Shown one piece after another: positions 32,998 through 43,181 of a DNA stretch of 64,000 nucleotides. Position 1 is the stretch's first letter; each line of letters starts with the position of its first letter. Made by a program: the position numbers and the translations under genes. Source of the DNA: Longimicrobiales bacterium (GTDB taxonomy: Bacteria > Gemmatimonadota > Gemmatimonadetes > Longimicrobiales > Gaopeijiaceae). Below the pieces are notes generated by a model. That model saw nothing but the letters and a program-made list of their open reading frames with translations, did not search any database and was not told where the DNA came from. Where the stretch lies: positions 160,001 to 224,000 of the forward strand of contig JAWLHJ010000005.1 in NCBI GenBank assembly GCA_041690395.1, written 5' to 3'.

Positions 32998-33366
32998 GTG
33001 AAGTACTTGTGTCTGGCTTGCGGCGATGAATCGGCCTGGGAGAAGCTGACCGAGGAACAACAGCAGGAGTACGTGGCCCGCTGCCGGGTGCATGATGAGG
33101 AGCTGGCCGCGAATGAGCGCGTCGGGCTCTACGCCGGCCTGTCGGAAGGCGGCCGGATCGTGCGAACGCGCGGGGGCAAGCCCGTGGTGACGGACGGTCC
33201 GTTCGTAGAGTCCAAGGAGATCGGCGGCGTGTTTGTCGTGGAGGCGGACGATGTGGACGAAGCGGTCCGCATCGCTTCGCTCCATCCCGCGGCGCGCATG
33301 GGGGAGGAACTCGGGTGGTACGTGGCCGTGCGGCCGCTGTTCATACCGGAGGCGGGGCGGCCCTGA
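32998..33366 (+). CDS. YciI/DGPF-family protein
   Basis: VTDGPFVESKE.GG; GAGGAGG RBS before GTG. Confidence 0.85.
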   Translation: MKYLCLACGDESAWEKLTEEQQQEYVARCRVHDEELAANERVGLYAGLSEGGRIVRTRGGKPVVTDGPFVESKEIGGVFVVEADDVDEAVRIASLHPAARMGEELGWYVAVRPLFIPEAGRP

Positions 33367-33370
33367 CGGT

Positions 33371-33730
33371 GTGCGGGCGGCCTTCGGCCGACCGTCGACC
33401 GAGTCGTTGCACGGGCTCGGCCGCACCCTGACCCATGAGATGGGCCACTACCTGGGCCTTCTGCATCCGTGGGGGAGGGGTGACTGCGACACCAACGACT
33501 TCTGCGCCGATACGCCCGCGATGTCGGAGTCCGTCCTGGGGTGCCCGGTCGACCCGCCTCTGGGCTGCGGGGGCGTGCCCGTCATGATCGAGAACTACAT
33601 GGGGTGGTCCGCCGACTCGTGCATGAGCACGTTCACGAAGGACCAGATCGCTCGAATGCGTCATGTCCTGGAGCACAGCCCGCGCCGGAGCGACCTCGCG
33701 CGTTCACCGGGGCTGGTGCGTGCGCCGTAG
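33371..33730 (+). pseudogene. C-terminal fragment of an M43 (pappalysin/ulilysin) metalloprotease
   Basis: GRTLTHEMGHYLGLLH zinc motif, DFCADTP, NYM Met-turn, FTKDQIARM; N-terminal half and signal peptide missing. Confidence 0.7.
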
Positions 33731-33861
33731 GCGCGAGGTGTGGGCCGCGCGCCCAGGCGCTGGCGCTCGTCGGTGACCTGCATCACCTTCCTTGACTGAA
33801 GTCTCCGGCGTGCCGAAAGCCGCCGGGATGGCGGGGAATCTCGACAAGGGACGGTTGCGGC

Positions 33862-35553
33862 ATGGGACGATCGGGGGGGTGGTGGCGTTGCGGGGGCAGG
33901 TTGGCCGCGTGTGCGCTCGGGATGGTGGTCACGGCGACTCCGGGGGCGACGGGTCCGGTCGCGGCGCAGGACACCGGCACGTACCTGGATTACGAGGCGC
34001 TGACGTCGGCTGTGCGAGGCCTGGAAGGCGATCTCGTCCGTGTGTCGAGCCTGACGACATCGAACGCCGGGCGCGACATCTGGCTCCTGACGTTGGGGTC
34101 CGCGGAGGGACGGCCGCTCGACCAGCGCCCGGCGCTCCTCGTCGTGGCGAACCTGGAGGCCAACCGGGTCGCGGGGTCGCACGCCGCCCTCCGTTTCGTC
34201 GAGCGGCTCGCGGCGGGGTACGGCGCCGACCCCGATGTGACCGCCCTGCTGGATACCCGCACTGTCTACGTGGTCCCGCGCGCGAACCCGGACGGCGCCG
34301 AGCTCGTGTTCACCCTTCCCGGCATCGAGACCCCGTACAAGCCGTTCCAGGGGAACGCCGACGCCGGCGGCCTCAATGCCCGTGAGCTCGGTCGCGACCT
34401 GAACGGTGACGGGCTCGTGACGACCATGCGCGTGTCCCGTGCCGGCGGCGCGATGATGGCCGATCCGGACGATCCGCGGCTCGTCCGCGAGGCCGAGCGG
34501 ACACGCGCCGAGCGCGGCGCCTACGACATCATGCCGGAGGGGATCCATCCCGACAGCCTGGACGCCTATGTGCCGCTCGGTGGGGACGGGGTGAATCTCA
34601 ACCTGAACTTCCAGCACGAGTACCAGTACTTCGAGCCGCACGTGGGCCCGCACATGATCAGCGAGCCCGAGTCGAGGGCTCTGGCGGACTTCGTGTTCGA
34701 ACATCCGAACGTGGCCGCCGTGCTCGTCTGGTCGGCGTTCGACAATCTGCGCTCACCCACACCGGCGAACCGCACACCGCCGCCCGCCGTCACGGGGAAC
34801 CCTCCCGAGGTGCCGACGAACCTGGCCGAGGGCGACCGGCCCTACTTCGAGTATGTGAGTGAGCAGTTCCGTGAGATCACCGGGCTGAGCGGGGACGGTG
34901 CGCCGGACGAGGGCGGCTCCTTCCCGCAGTTCACGTACTACCAGATGGGCCTCCCCACCTTCACGACCCCGGTCTGGGCGCCGCCCGAGGGTGCAGGGAG
35001 CACCGATGCGCGCTGGCTCGCGCTCTTCGATTCGGTCGGCGTCGACGGCCACGTTGCATGGACGCCGGCGAGTCACCCTCAGCTCGGAGAGGTCGAGGTG
35101 GGAGGCTTCGTGCCGAACGCCCGAGTCAACCCTCCCGCCTCCGAGCTCGACGGCCTGCTCGAGCGCCACACGGATTTCGCGCTCTGGTTGGCCGGGCGGC
35201 TCCCGGAGGTGGAGGTGGTCGAGACGACCGTCGAGCCGCGCGGGGAAGGCGTCTGGAGCGTGGCGCTGACGCTCACGAACGAGGGTTACTTCCCCACCCA
35301 GCTCGAGCTCGCGGAGCGGATCCGCTTCAACCGGCCGATCAACGCGCGTCTGATGCCCGCCTCCGGCGTGACGGTCCTCAGCGAGGACGTCCAGCATCAG
35401 TTGCCACGCATCGACGGGATGGGCGGGACCGCGGACTTCAGCTGGCTGATCACCGCTCCCGCCGGGACCGAGGTGGCGATCGAGGTGTTCGCCGAGAGGG
35501 CCGGAGGTCTGATCACCATTCCGGTGACGTTGAGCGCGGGGGACGACCGATGA
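33862..35553 (+). CDS. Exported M14-fold protein with degenerate zinc site (probable pseudo-peptidase)
   Basis: M14 scaffold (GRDIW, NPDG, NLNF, SEPESRA), but HxxE reads ANLEANR and the catalytic Glu position reads FTTP. Confidence 0.75.
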   Translation: MGRSGGWWRCGGRLAACALGMVVTATPGATGPVAAQDTGTYLDYEALTSAVRGLEGDLVRVSSLTTSNAGRDIWLLTLGSAEGRPLDQRPALLVVANLEANRVAGSHAALRFVERLAAGYGADPDVTALLDTRTVYVVPRANPDGAELVFTLPGIETPYKPFQGNADAGGLNARELGRDLNGDGLVTTMRVSRAGGAMMADPDDPRLVREAERTRAERGAYDIMPEGIHPDSLDAYVPLGGDGVNLNLNFQHEYQYFEPHVGPHMISEPESRALADFVFEHPNVAAVLVWSAFDNLRSPTPANRTPPPAVTGNPPEVPTNLAEGDRPYFEYVSEQFREITGLSGDGAPDEGGSFPQFTYYQMGLPTFTTPVWAPPEGAGSTDARWLALFDSVGVDGHVAWTPASHPQLGEVEVGGFVPNARVNPPASELDGLLERHTDFALWLAGRLPEVEVVETTVEPRGEGVWSVALTLTNEGYFPTQLELAERIRFNRPINARLMPASGVTVLSEDVQHQLPRIDGMGGTADFSWLITAPAGTEVAIEVFAERAGGLITIPVTLSAGDDR

Positions 35554-37415
35554 GCAAGGCACCGAGCAGGCACGGAGAGACGAAGGTGACGACGGGCAAC
35601 GGCACGACGAGATCCGGCGGTGGGTCGCGGAAGGGAACCCGCACGCGCTTCGGGACGGCGGCCGCCATCGTGCTCACAGGAGCGCTCGCTCTTCCGGTCG
35701 CGGGACCGGCGCAGGCGGCTGCGCAGACCGGCGGGTCGGGCATGTTCGCCTTCCCGGACCGCGAGCCTCGCGTCGGGCTCCGCTTCGACCGCTACTACGA
35801 CCACGACGACCTCCGCGACGCTCTGGAACGGCTCGAAGAGGCGTACGGTGACTTCCTCACCGTGGAAGTCGCGGGACGCTCCGGGGAGGACCGCGAGATC
35901 TGGGCGGTCACCATCAACAACTCCGACACGGGGCCGCACACGTCGAAGGCCGCGTTCTACGTCGACGGCAACATCCACGGGAACGAGATCCAGGGGCTCG
36001 AGGTCAACCTGTACCTGATCTGGTTCCTGATGGAGAACTACGACCATCTGCCGGCGGTGCGGGAGCTGGTCGACCGGCGGGTCTTCTACATCATCCCCAC
36101 GATGAACCCCGACGGGCGCCAGAATTTCCTGGATACGGGTGGTCCGTCCCGGTCCGGCATGCTCCCGTGGGACTCGGACCTGGACGGCCGGGCCAACGAG
36201 GACAACCCTGACGACCTCGACGGCGACGGCGAGATCCGGATGATGCGGAAGCACGTGCCCGGCGAGGGGAACATGGTCGTGAGCGACCTCGATCCGCGTC
36301 TGCTGGTGCCTGCGCCGGAGGGCGAGCGGGGCGATTACATCATGCTCGGGCCCGAGGCGCTGGACTCGGACGGCGACGGCCGGCGCGCCGAGGACGCGCG
36401 CGGTGGCTACGACATGAACCGCGACTTCCCCTCGGACTGGCAGCCGTCCCACGTTCAGGGGGGCGCCTATCGCTACCCGTTCTCGTGGCCCGAGACGCGG
36501 ACGGTGGGGGACTGGCTCAAGGGCCATCCGAACATCGCGGCGGCGCAGTCGTGGCATAACTCGGGAGGCATGATCCTGTACGGCCCGGGCTCACGCTACT
36601 ACAAGGGAAGCGGAGAGTACTCGGACCGCGACGCGGAGATCTACGAGTACATCGGCACTCGCGGCGAGCTCATGCTCCCGCATTACCGCTACATGAACAT
36701 CTGGCGGGACCTCTACACGGTGTACGGCGGCACCCTCGACTGGGCGCACGACGCGCTCGGGGTCATCAGCTTCACCAACGAGCTCTGGTCGAACAACCAG
36801 TTCTACGGGCCCGCGTGGGACGAGGACGCCCCGCTCCCCGACGACATGCAGCAGCTCTTCTTCAGCGACCGCCTGGGGATGGGCGCGTGGTTCAAGGACT
36901 GGGAGCCGTACGAGCACCCGACCCTCGGCGAGGTCGAGATCGGAGGTTTCTCGTCCAGGTGGTTCGGGCGTACCACCCCGCCGTTCATGCTACAGGAGCT
37001 CGCGCACAGGAACGCCATGTTCGCGCTCTTCCACGCGGACCACATGCCGCTGCTGGCGTGGGGCGACGTCGAGGTCGAGCGGCTGGGCGGGAGCACGTTC
37101 AAGGTCACGGCGTCGATCCGGAACGACCGGGTGATTCCCACTCGGAGCGACGCTGCGCGGATGTACCGGGCCGGGCTCCCCGACCGGTTCTCGCTCTCGG
37201 GGGCGACGGTCCAGACCGGTGGGCTCGCCGTGGGCGAGCTCGGGGACCGCATCGACGTGGTGGACGGCGACGCTTCGACGCTGCACATCGAGGGCGGCGT
37301 CCCCGGGTTCGGAGACGTCACGGCGAGCTGGATCGTGACGGGCGGTGGTGAGGTGACGCTGACCTACGTGAGCCAGAAGGGCGGGACCCACACCACCACG
37401 GTATCGCTCAACTGA
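35550..37415 (+). CDS. Exported M14 zinc carboxypeptidase
   Basis: NIHGNE, NPDGR, DMNRDF, SWHN, FTNELW; DxDGDG Ca-binding-like inserts; ATGA-coupled to upstream gene. Confidence 0.9.
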   Translation: MSKAPSRHGETKVTTGNGTTRSGGGSRKGTRTRFGTAAAIVLTGALALPVAGPAQAAAQTGGSGMFAFPDREPRVGLRFDRYYDHDDLRDALERLEEAYGDFLTVEVAGRSGEDREIWAVTINNSDTGPHTSKAAFYVDGNIHGNEIQGLEVNLYLIWFLMENYDHLPAVRELVDRRVFYIIPTMNPDGRQNFLDTGGPSRSGMLPWDSDLDGRANEDNPDDLDGDGEIRMMRKHVPGEGNMVVSDLDPRLLVPAPEGERGDYIMLGPEALDSDGDGRRAEDARGGYDMNRDFPSDWQPSHVQGGAYRYPFSWPETRTVGDWLKGHPNIAAAQSWHNSGGMILYGPGSRYYKGSGEYSDRDAEIYEYIGTRGELMLPHYRYMNIWRDLYTVYGGTLDWAHDALGVISFTNELWSNNQFYGPAWDEDAPLPDDMQQLFFSDRLGMGAWFKDWEPYEHPTLGEVEIGGFSSRWFGRTTPPFMLQELAHRNAMFALFHADHMPLLAWGDVEVERLGGSTFKVTASIRNDRVIPTRSDAARMYRAGLPDRFSLSGATVQTGGLAVGELGDRIDVVDGDASTLHIEGGVPGFGDVTASWIVTGGGEVTLTYVSQKGGTHTTTVSLN

Positions 37416-37431
37416 CGGTCCGCCGCCGTCC

Positions 37432-39822
37432 TCAGCGCCGCCGTCCGCCGCCCCGCACCGCCCCGCCGCCGCCGAAGGCGTACGACACGCTGAAACGCAC
37501 GCTGCGAGCGCTCTCCGAGCTGCGTCCGATCTGGACGTGCGTCAGGTCGCGCGTCTCGAACGACGTTTCCTGGAGGCCGAGAGGATCCTCGAACGCCATA
37601 CGGAGTGACGCGCGGCGATCGAGGAACCGGTAACGGAGGCCGAAGTCCGTGGAGACACGGGCGTCGGAGCGACCCTGCGGAAGGTCGACGGCCGGGAAGT
37701 AGCTGAAGCGCCCCTCGACGCTGAGCTCCTCGGTCACGACGGCTTCGAGGTTGGCGCGCGTCTGCCACCGGAGGGAGCTTCCCGAGTAGCGCTCGGCCAG
37801 GTTGCTGGCGTCGCGGACCGTCCGGTCGGCGCCCAGGCGCACGAAGCCGTTGATGCGGTTCCCGCGCGGGAGCCACGCGGTGAGCGAAGCGCCGTAGCGC
37901 TCCTCGGAGGTCACGTTGTCCCAGGAGCGTGTGGACACACCGTCCGCGTCCACCGTGGTGAGCTCCGCCCAACCGCCGTCGCTCCGTCGGTAGTACGGAG
38001 AGAGCCTGAGCCGCCCGACCGAGGTCGACCAGGTCGCGTGCAGGCTCACCGAGTGCGTGTACTCGGGTGCGATGTCCGGGTTGCCGACCCTGCGGTTCAG
38101 CGGGTCGGTGGACCGGTCGATGGGGTTCAGCACCGACGGCGACGGACGACCGATCCGGCGCGAGTAGGATAGCCGCAGCTGCCTGCTGTCGTCGATGCGC
38201 GCGGACAGGCTCGCGCTCGGGAAGAGGCTGAAGTAGTCGTTGTCGAACACGTCGCCGGCCGGGATCTCGAAGCGGGTGTCGGCGTGCTCGCCCCGCAGCC
38301 CCACCTGTACGCCGACGGATCCGAGCTGGCGCTGGACTGTGAAGTAGAGCGAGTTGAACGTCTGCCGGTGGTCGAAGCCGAGCTCGGTCACGTCCGGAGC
38401 GGCCTGCCCTTCGTTGGCCAGCTCGAGGAAACGCTCGCTGCCGGTGTCGTCCGATTCGAAGCGGTACCCGACCTCGAAGCGGCCGTCCTCGCTCCATGGG
38501 CGGACGTAGTCGACGTCGAGCCGGATCTCACGCTCGCGCTCCTGCTCGTCCTCGATCGTCAACTCGGCCGGGAGGGGGTCGCCCGGATCCAACAGCAACG
38601 GATCGAGCTCCTCGCGCGTCTCCTCGCCGTTCCGTCCCGCATCGAGCTCCAACTCGACCTCGAACTCGTGGCGCCTCCGCTCCCACTCGTAGGTGAAGCC
38701 CGTGCCGACGCGTCCCGACCAGCTCCCGGCATCGAGCGTGTTCAGCCTTCGGTACGATGACGTAGGGTCGCGAGCGGCGTCCTGGTGGATCGTCTGCGAC
38801 TGCCCTTCCGAACCGTCGTCGCTTCCCCGGAGCCGTCCCTGGACCCAGAAGCGCGCGCGCTCGGTGGGCTGGTACTCGATCTCGAGATCGCCGTTGGCCG
38901 AAGTGCCGGTGCGATGGGAGCTCGACTCCTGCTCGAGGAACGTCGTCGGGTCGGCGATGAGGTTTTGCCGCAGGTCGAAAGAAGAGCTCTCCCGGTCGGT
39001 GCGGCTTCCGTCGACCCCGCCACTCACCGTCCACGGTCCGCGCTGGAGCGTGGCCCTTGCCCCGACTCCGGCCTGACCACGCGTGCCGCCGTTCGCGAAC
39101 GCGACCCCGGTCATACCGAGCTCGACGCCCTCCCGGAGCACGATGTTCACGATGCCGCCGGTGCCCTGCGCTCCGTAGCGGGCGGACGGGTTGTCGATCA
39201 CCTCGACGCGCTCGATGTGATCGGAGGGGAATTGCTCGAGGAAGGCGGTGAGCGAGAGACCGGCCATCGGGGCGGGACGACCGTCGATGTAGATCTCGGT
39301 CGGAGAGCCGTTCATCGAGACCTGGCCGTCCAGATCGACGTCGAGCTCCGGCATGGCGCGGAGGAGCTCCGACGCGGCCGTGCCCTGGGCCGAGGGCATT
39401 GCGGTGATGTCGTACGAAGTCCGGTCGGCCTCGAAGGTCACGGCGGCGCGCTCGGCGGTGACGGAGAGCGCTTCGAGCTCGAGTGCGGCGATGGTGAGCT
39501 CGACCGTGCCGAGATCGTGTCGTGCGCCCGGCTCGACGGCGAACGCATCGGTGACGGTCGAGCCGTAGGCGAGACTGCTGACCCGGAGTCGGTACCGGTC
39601 GGGCGTCACGCCGACGAAGAGCACACGTCCCGCAGCGTTGGTCACGCCACGTCGGATGTCGGTGGTGTCCTCCAGGAGCTCGAGAATCACCGACGCCCCC
39701 CCGATCGGCTCGCCGCTGCTCGCGTCGCGCAGCATTCCCGTGACCTCGCCAGGCTGCTGGGCGGAGGCGCCCGCGGCGGCGACGGCGAGGGCCAGAAACA
39801 CGACGGAGATGGGTCGGAGCAT
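37432..39822 (-). CDS. TonB-dependent receptor-like outer-membrane beta-barrel
   Basis: Signal peptide; carboxypeptidase-regulatory-like domain; plug IERVEVIDNPSARY..GGIVNI; FPS, YSRRI.RP, GNPDIAPE; terminal SVSYAF. Confidence 0.9.
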   Translation of the reverse strand: MLRPISVVFLALAVAAAGASAQQPGEVTGMLRDASSGEPIGGASVILELLEDTTDIRRGVTNAAGRVLFVGVTPDRYRLRVSSLAYGSTVTDAFAVEPGARHDLGTVELTIAALELEALSVTAERAAVTFEADRTSYDITAMPSAQGTAASELLRAMPELDVDLDGQVSMNGSPTEIYIDGRPAPMAGLSLTAFLEQFPSDHIERVEVIDNPSARYGAQGTGGIVNIVLREGVELGMTGVAFANGGTRGQAGVGARATLQRGPWTVSGGVDGSRTDRESSSFDLRQNLIADPTTFLEQESSSHRTGTSANGDLEIEYQPTERARFWVQGRLRGSDDGSEGQSQTIHQDAARDPTSSYRRLNTLDAGSWSGRVGTGFTYEWERRRHEFEVELELDAGRNGEETREELDPLLLDPGDPLPAELTIEDEQEREREIRLDVDYVRPWSEDGRFEVGYRFESDDTGSERFLELANEGQAAPDVTELGFDHRQTFNSLYFTVQRQLGSVGVQVGLRGEHADTRFEIPAGDVFDNDYFSLFPSASLSARIDDSRQLRLSYSRRIGRPSPSVLNPIDRSTDPLNRRVGNPDIAPEYTHSVSLHATWSTSVGRLRLSPYYRRSDGGWAELTTVDADGVSTRSWDNVTSEERYGASLTAWLPRGNRINGFVRLGADRTVRDASNLAERYSGSSLRWQTRANLEAVVTEELSVEGRFSYFPAVDLPQGRSDARVSTDFGLRYRFLDRRASLRMAFEDPLGLQETSFETRDLTHVQIGRSSESARSVRFSVSYAFGGGGAVRGGGRRR

Positions 39823-39949
39823 GCTCGAGATCTGTTCGGGCTGGGGCCCCGTGATGGAGCCGGAGGTCGGCGAAGATCGCGCTGTCTCGGTGCTTCCTGG
39901 ACGCGCGACTCCTCGGATTCGTTAGGCTGGCGGCCGAGCCCGGACGTAT

Positions 39950-39995
39950 CCCTTGACGAGCGAGGGGTGTGTGCGATACCTATTTGGCGTAGGGG
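39950..39995 (+). promoter_or_regulatory. Tandem inverted-repeat operator candidates (CCT-N9-AGG) over the padR promoter
   Basis: CCCTTGACGAGCGAGGGG and ACCTATTTGGCGTAGGGG, 28 bp apart; first overlaps TTGACG. Confidence 0.5.
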
Positions 39996-40024
39996 TGGAC
40001 CCATCCGAATGCCATGAGGCGACC

Positions 40025-40360
40025 ATGGGCGGCAGCGATCTTTTCACCGGCACGCTGGACATCCTCGTCCTGCGCACGGTCCAACCCGGACCGCTCCACG
40101 GCTACGCGATCGGCAAGGCGTTGCGCGACCGGAGCGATGGCGTGCTCAGCGTCGAGGAGGGCGCGCTCTATCCGGCGCTCCACCGGCTCCAGCGGCGCGG
40201 CCTGCTGGAGGCCGTCTGGGGAAAGACCGACACGGGGCGCCGCGCGAAATTCTACCGGTTGAGCGACGCGGGCCGGGCGCACCTCGACGAGGAGACGGCG
40301 CGCTGGCGCGAGTACTCCGGCGCCGTCGGGGCGATCCTGGACGGGGCCGGGGAGGCGTGA
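40025..40360 (+). CDS. PadR-family transcriptional regulator (acidobacterial type)
   Basis: GTLDILVL..HGYAI..EEGALYPALHRL..RRAKFY. Confidence 0.93.
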   Translation: MGGSDLFTGTLDILVLRTVQPGPLHGYAIGKALRDRSDGVLSVEEGALYPALHRLQRRGLLEAVWGKTDTGRRAKFYRLSDAGRAHLDEETARWREYSGAVGAILDGAGEA

Positions 40361-40361
40361 C

Positions 40362-43046
40362 GTGCGACCCTGGCCGTTTCGCCGGGCCCCCGGGCCCGGC
40401 GGCCTCGAGGGCGATGCCGACGCGGAGATCCGGGACGAGCTGGATCTGTACCTGGAGCTCCGGACCGAGGAGCTGATCGAGGAGGGGATGACGCCCGCGG
40501 CCGCGCGTCGTGGGGCCGAGCGGCGGTTCGGGAATCGTCGGGAGATCGAGCGTCGGCTGCGCAGGGAGGCGCGCCGGCGCCATACACGGGACGGGAGGTG
40601 GACGATGGGGTGGTCGACGAGGGACGTCATGTACGCGCTACGGGGCCTTGCCCGAGCGCCGGGCTTCGCGGCGGTCGCGATCTTGACCCTAGGAGTCGCG
40701 CTGGGAGCCAACACGGCCATCTTCTCGGTGCTCGACGCGGCCGTTCTCCGGGCGCTTCCGTTCGCGGACCACGAGCGGCTGGTGTTCGTGAACGGCTACC
40801 ATCTCCAGGACGGCCAGCGGGCCATCCGGAATGCCTCGGTTCCGGAGTTTCGGGACTGGCGCGAACGGACCCGCTCCATCGATCCGATGGTCGCGTACGA
40901 CCCCAGTGGGGTCACGCTCTCGCGGGCGGACGAAGGCGCGGAGCGAGTGCTCGCGGAGCTGGTCAGCGAAGGGTATTTCGACGTTCTCGGCGGAGCGGTC
41001 GCGAGTGGGCGCTTCTTCACGGAGGACGAGCTGTCCACGCCGGGTGGACATCCGGTGGCGGTTCTCGCGCACGAGCTCTGGCAGAGGCGCTTCGCCGGAG
41101 ATCCGGACGTCGTGGGCCAGACGGTCGAGATCAACGAGCGCACGGTGACGGTGGTGGGCGTGGCGGCGGAGGGATTCCGGGGCGCGACGCTGAGCACGGA
41201 GCTGTGGCTCCCCCTGGCCATGATCGGCATCGTCGGGTCCCCCGACATCCTCGAGTCGCGGGGGACCCGCTTCCTCCCCGTGCTCGGAAGGCTCGTGCCC
41301 GGCGCCACGGTCGCGTCGGCCGAGGCCGAGCTGGACGAGATCTCCCTCGAGCTCCAGGCGCTCTACCCGGATGCCCACGAAGACCGTTTCGCGCAGGTGC
41401 GCTCCTTCAGGGAGGGCTATCTGGGGACAACCGGCGACCTGCTCTGGGTGCTCTTCGGCGCGGGGGCGCTCCTGTTGCTGGTCGCGTCGGCCAACGTGGC
41501 CAACCTGTTGCTCGTCCGGGCACATGGACGTGCGGGGGAGCTGGTCGTGCGCAGGGCGCTCGGCGCGAGCGGCGGGCGACTCACGCGGCAACTCATGACC
41601 GAGAGCCTCGTACTGGCCGGGCTCGGAGGCGTCGTCGGCTTCGTGCTGGCGGCCTGGGGGCTCGGCGCTCTCACCGAGCTCGTGCCGGACGGCGTCCTGC
41701 CGGCCTACGCCGATCCGGTCATCAGCGGCCGCGTGTTCGCCTTCACCCTCGTCGTCCTGGCGCTCGTCGGGATCGGCGCCGGCCTCGTTCCTGCCGTCCG
41801 CTCGGGGCGCGGCGACCTGGCGGGAGCGTTGCGGGGTGCCCGTGGAGCGGTATCGGGTGGGCGCGCGCAGCGGGTGTTCGTCACCACCCAGGTCGCGCTG
41901 GCGCTTCTCTTGCTCATCGGTGCCGGCCTCCTCACGCGCAGCTTCCGCGCACAGCTGGCGGTCGATCCGGGCATGGAGATGGACGGCGTGCATGTCTTCC
42001 GCGTCGAGCTCCCGTCGTCGCGCTATCCGGACGCCGAAGCGCTGCGGGTGTTCACCGAGCAGCTGACGCGCGCGGTGTCGGTCGTGCCAGGCGTCTCTTC
42101 GGTGGCCGCCTCGTCGGACTTCCCGTTCCGCGGCCGGAGCAGCGGCTCGTACGTCGCCAGGGAGGACGATCCCGAGACGCGGATCCGGTACCACCGGCAC
42201 TCGGTGTCGCCGGGGTACTTCACGAATCTCGGGGTCGAGCTCCTCGCCGGGCGCTTCCTCGAGGAACGGGACGACGAGCGCGCGGCGGGCGTCGCGGTGG
42301 TCACCGAGGCCTTCGTGCGCAGGGTGTTCCCCGACGCTGGCTCGGGCGTCGGCCGTACTTTCTGGATCGGGAATCCGTCGAATCCGGACAACCTGGCCGA
42401 GATCGTCGGCGTCGTGGAGGACGTGCGGTACCGGAATCTCACCCAGGACATGATGGCCGAGCCGAACAGCCCGGACGTCTTCTTCTCGCTCCGGCAGGTC
42501 CCGTCCCGGACGCTCGAGGTATCATACCGCGTGGCGGCCGCGGACGCGCCTCCGGTCGCGCGTGTCCGTGACGCCGTGCGCGCCATCGACCCGGACCTGC
42601 CGGTCTTCGCCGAGTCGACCCTGCGCGAAGGCTATCTGCAGCAGACCGCCACGCCCCGACTCGCGGCCCTGCTCATGAGCCTTTTCGGAGCCGTGGCGCT
42701 CACGCTGGCCTGCGTGGGGATCTACGGCGTGCTCGCCTTCACCGTGGCCCGCCGTACCCGCGAGATCGCGGTGCGACGCGCGCTGGGCGCGAAGGCCGGA
42801 GACGTCGCGCGCTCCGTCGTGTGGCAGGGTGTCACGATGGCGGCGCTCGGGGCGGCGATCGGCGCCGGTGGAGCGGCTCTGGGCGTGCGGGTACTCGAGG
42901 GTCTCCTGTTCTCGATCCCACCCACGGACCCGGTGACCTTCGCCCTCGCCGCGGCGGCCACGCTGGCCGTGGCCGCGCTCGCCGCCGCGATTCCGGCGTG
43001 GCGGGCGGCCACACGCTCTCCGGCGGAGGCGCTGGCCCAGGAGTAG
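40362..43046 (+). CDS. Duplicated MacB/FtsX-type ABC permease (ADOP-like orphan permease)
   Basis: Permease-prefix domain (EL..YLE..G..AARR.A.RRFG); PGF..VAILTLGVALGANTAIFS; two FtsX halves; GIYGVL..RTREIAVR.ALGA. Confidence 0.92.
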   Translation: MRPWPFRRAPGPGGLEGDADAEIRDELDLYLELRTEELIEEGMTPAAARRGAERRFGNRREIERRLRREARRRHTRDGRWTMGWSTRDVMYALRGLARAPGFAAVAILTLGVALGANTAIFSVLDAAVLRALPFADHERLVFVNGYHLQDGQRAIRNASVPEFRDWRERTRSIDPMVAYDPSGVTLSRADEGAERVLAELVSEGYFDVLGGAVASGRFFTEDELSTPGGHPVAVLAHELWQRRFAGDPDVVGQTVEINERTVTVVGVAAEGFRGATLSTELWLPLAMIGIVGSPDILESRGTRFLPVLGRLVPGATVASAEAELDEISLELQALYPDAHEDRFAQVRSFREGYLGTTGDLLWVLFGAGALLLLVASANVANLLLVRAHGRAGELVVRRALGASGGRLTRQLMTESLVLAGLGGVVGFVLAAWGLGALTELVPDGVLPAYADPVISGRVFAFTLVVLALVGIGAGLVPAVRSGRGDLAGALRGARGAVSGGRAQRVFVTTQVALALLLLIGAGLLTRSFRAQLAVDPGMEMDGVHVFRVELPSSRYPDAEALRVFTEQLTRAVSVVPGVSSVAASSDFPFRGRSSGSYVAREDDPETRIRYHRHSVSPGYFTNLGVELLAGRFLEERDDERAAGVAVVTEAFVRRVFPDAGSGVGRTFWIGNPSNPDNLAEIVGVVEDVRYRNLTQDMMAEPNSPDVFFSLRQVPSRTLEVSYRVAAADAPPVARVRDAVRAIDPDLPVFAESTLREGYLQQTATPRLAALLMSLFGAVALTLACVGIYGVLAFTVARRTREIAVRRALGAKAGDVARSVVWQGVTMAALGAAIGAGGAALGVRVLEGLLFSIPPTDPVTFALAAAATLAVAALAAAIPAWRAATRSPAEALAQE

Positions 43047-43181
43047 CGCGCACTCCGGACTGCCGGGTGGCTCCGGTACCCCTCCCTCCATACATTCCCG
43101 CCCGGCTCCCCCAAGGGGGGCCGGGCGGCATGTCGTTTCCGGCCGTCGATTCCATTCTCATCGCCATTGGAGAGACACGGC

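Noticed and set aside
33786..33855. Possible c-di-GMP-I riboswitch (GAAA-capped hairpin followed by GATGGCGGGG)
   Set aside because: Lacks the GCAAA/GGGACGCAAAGCC core and a second stem; probably a chance GC hairpin. An Rfam cmscan would settle it.
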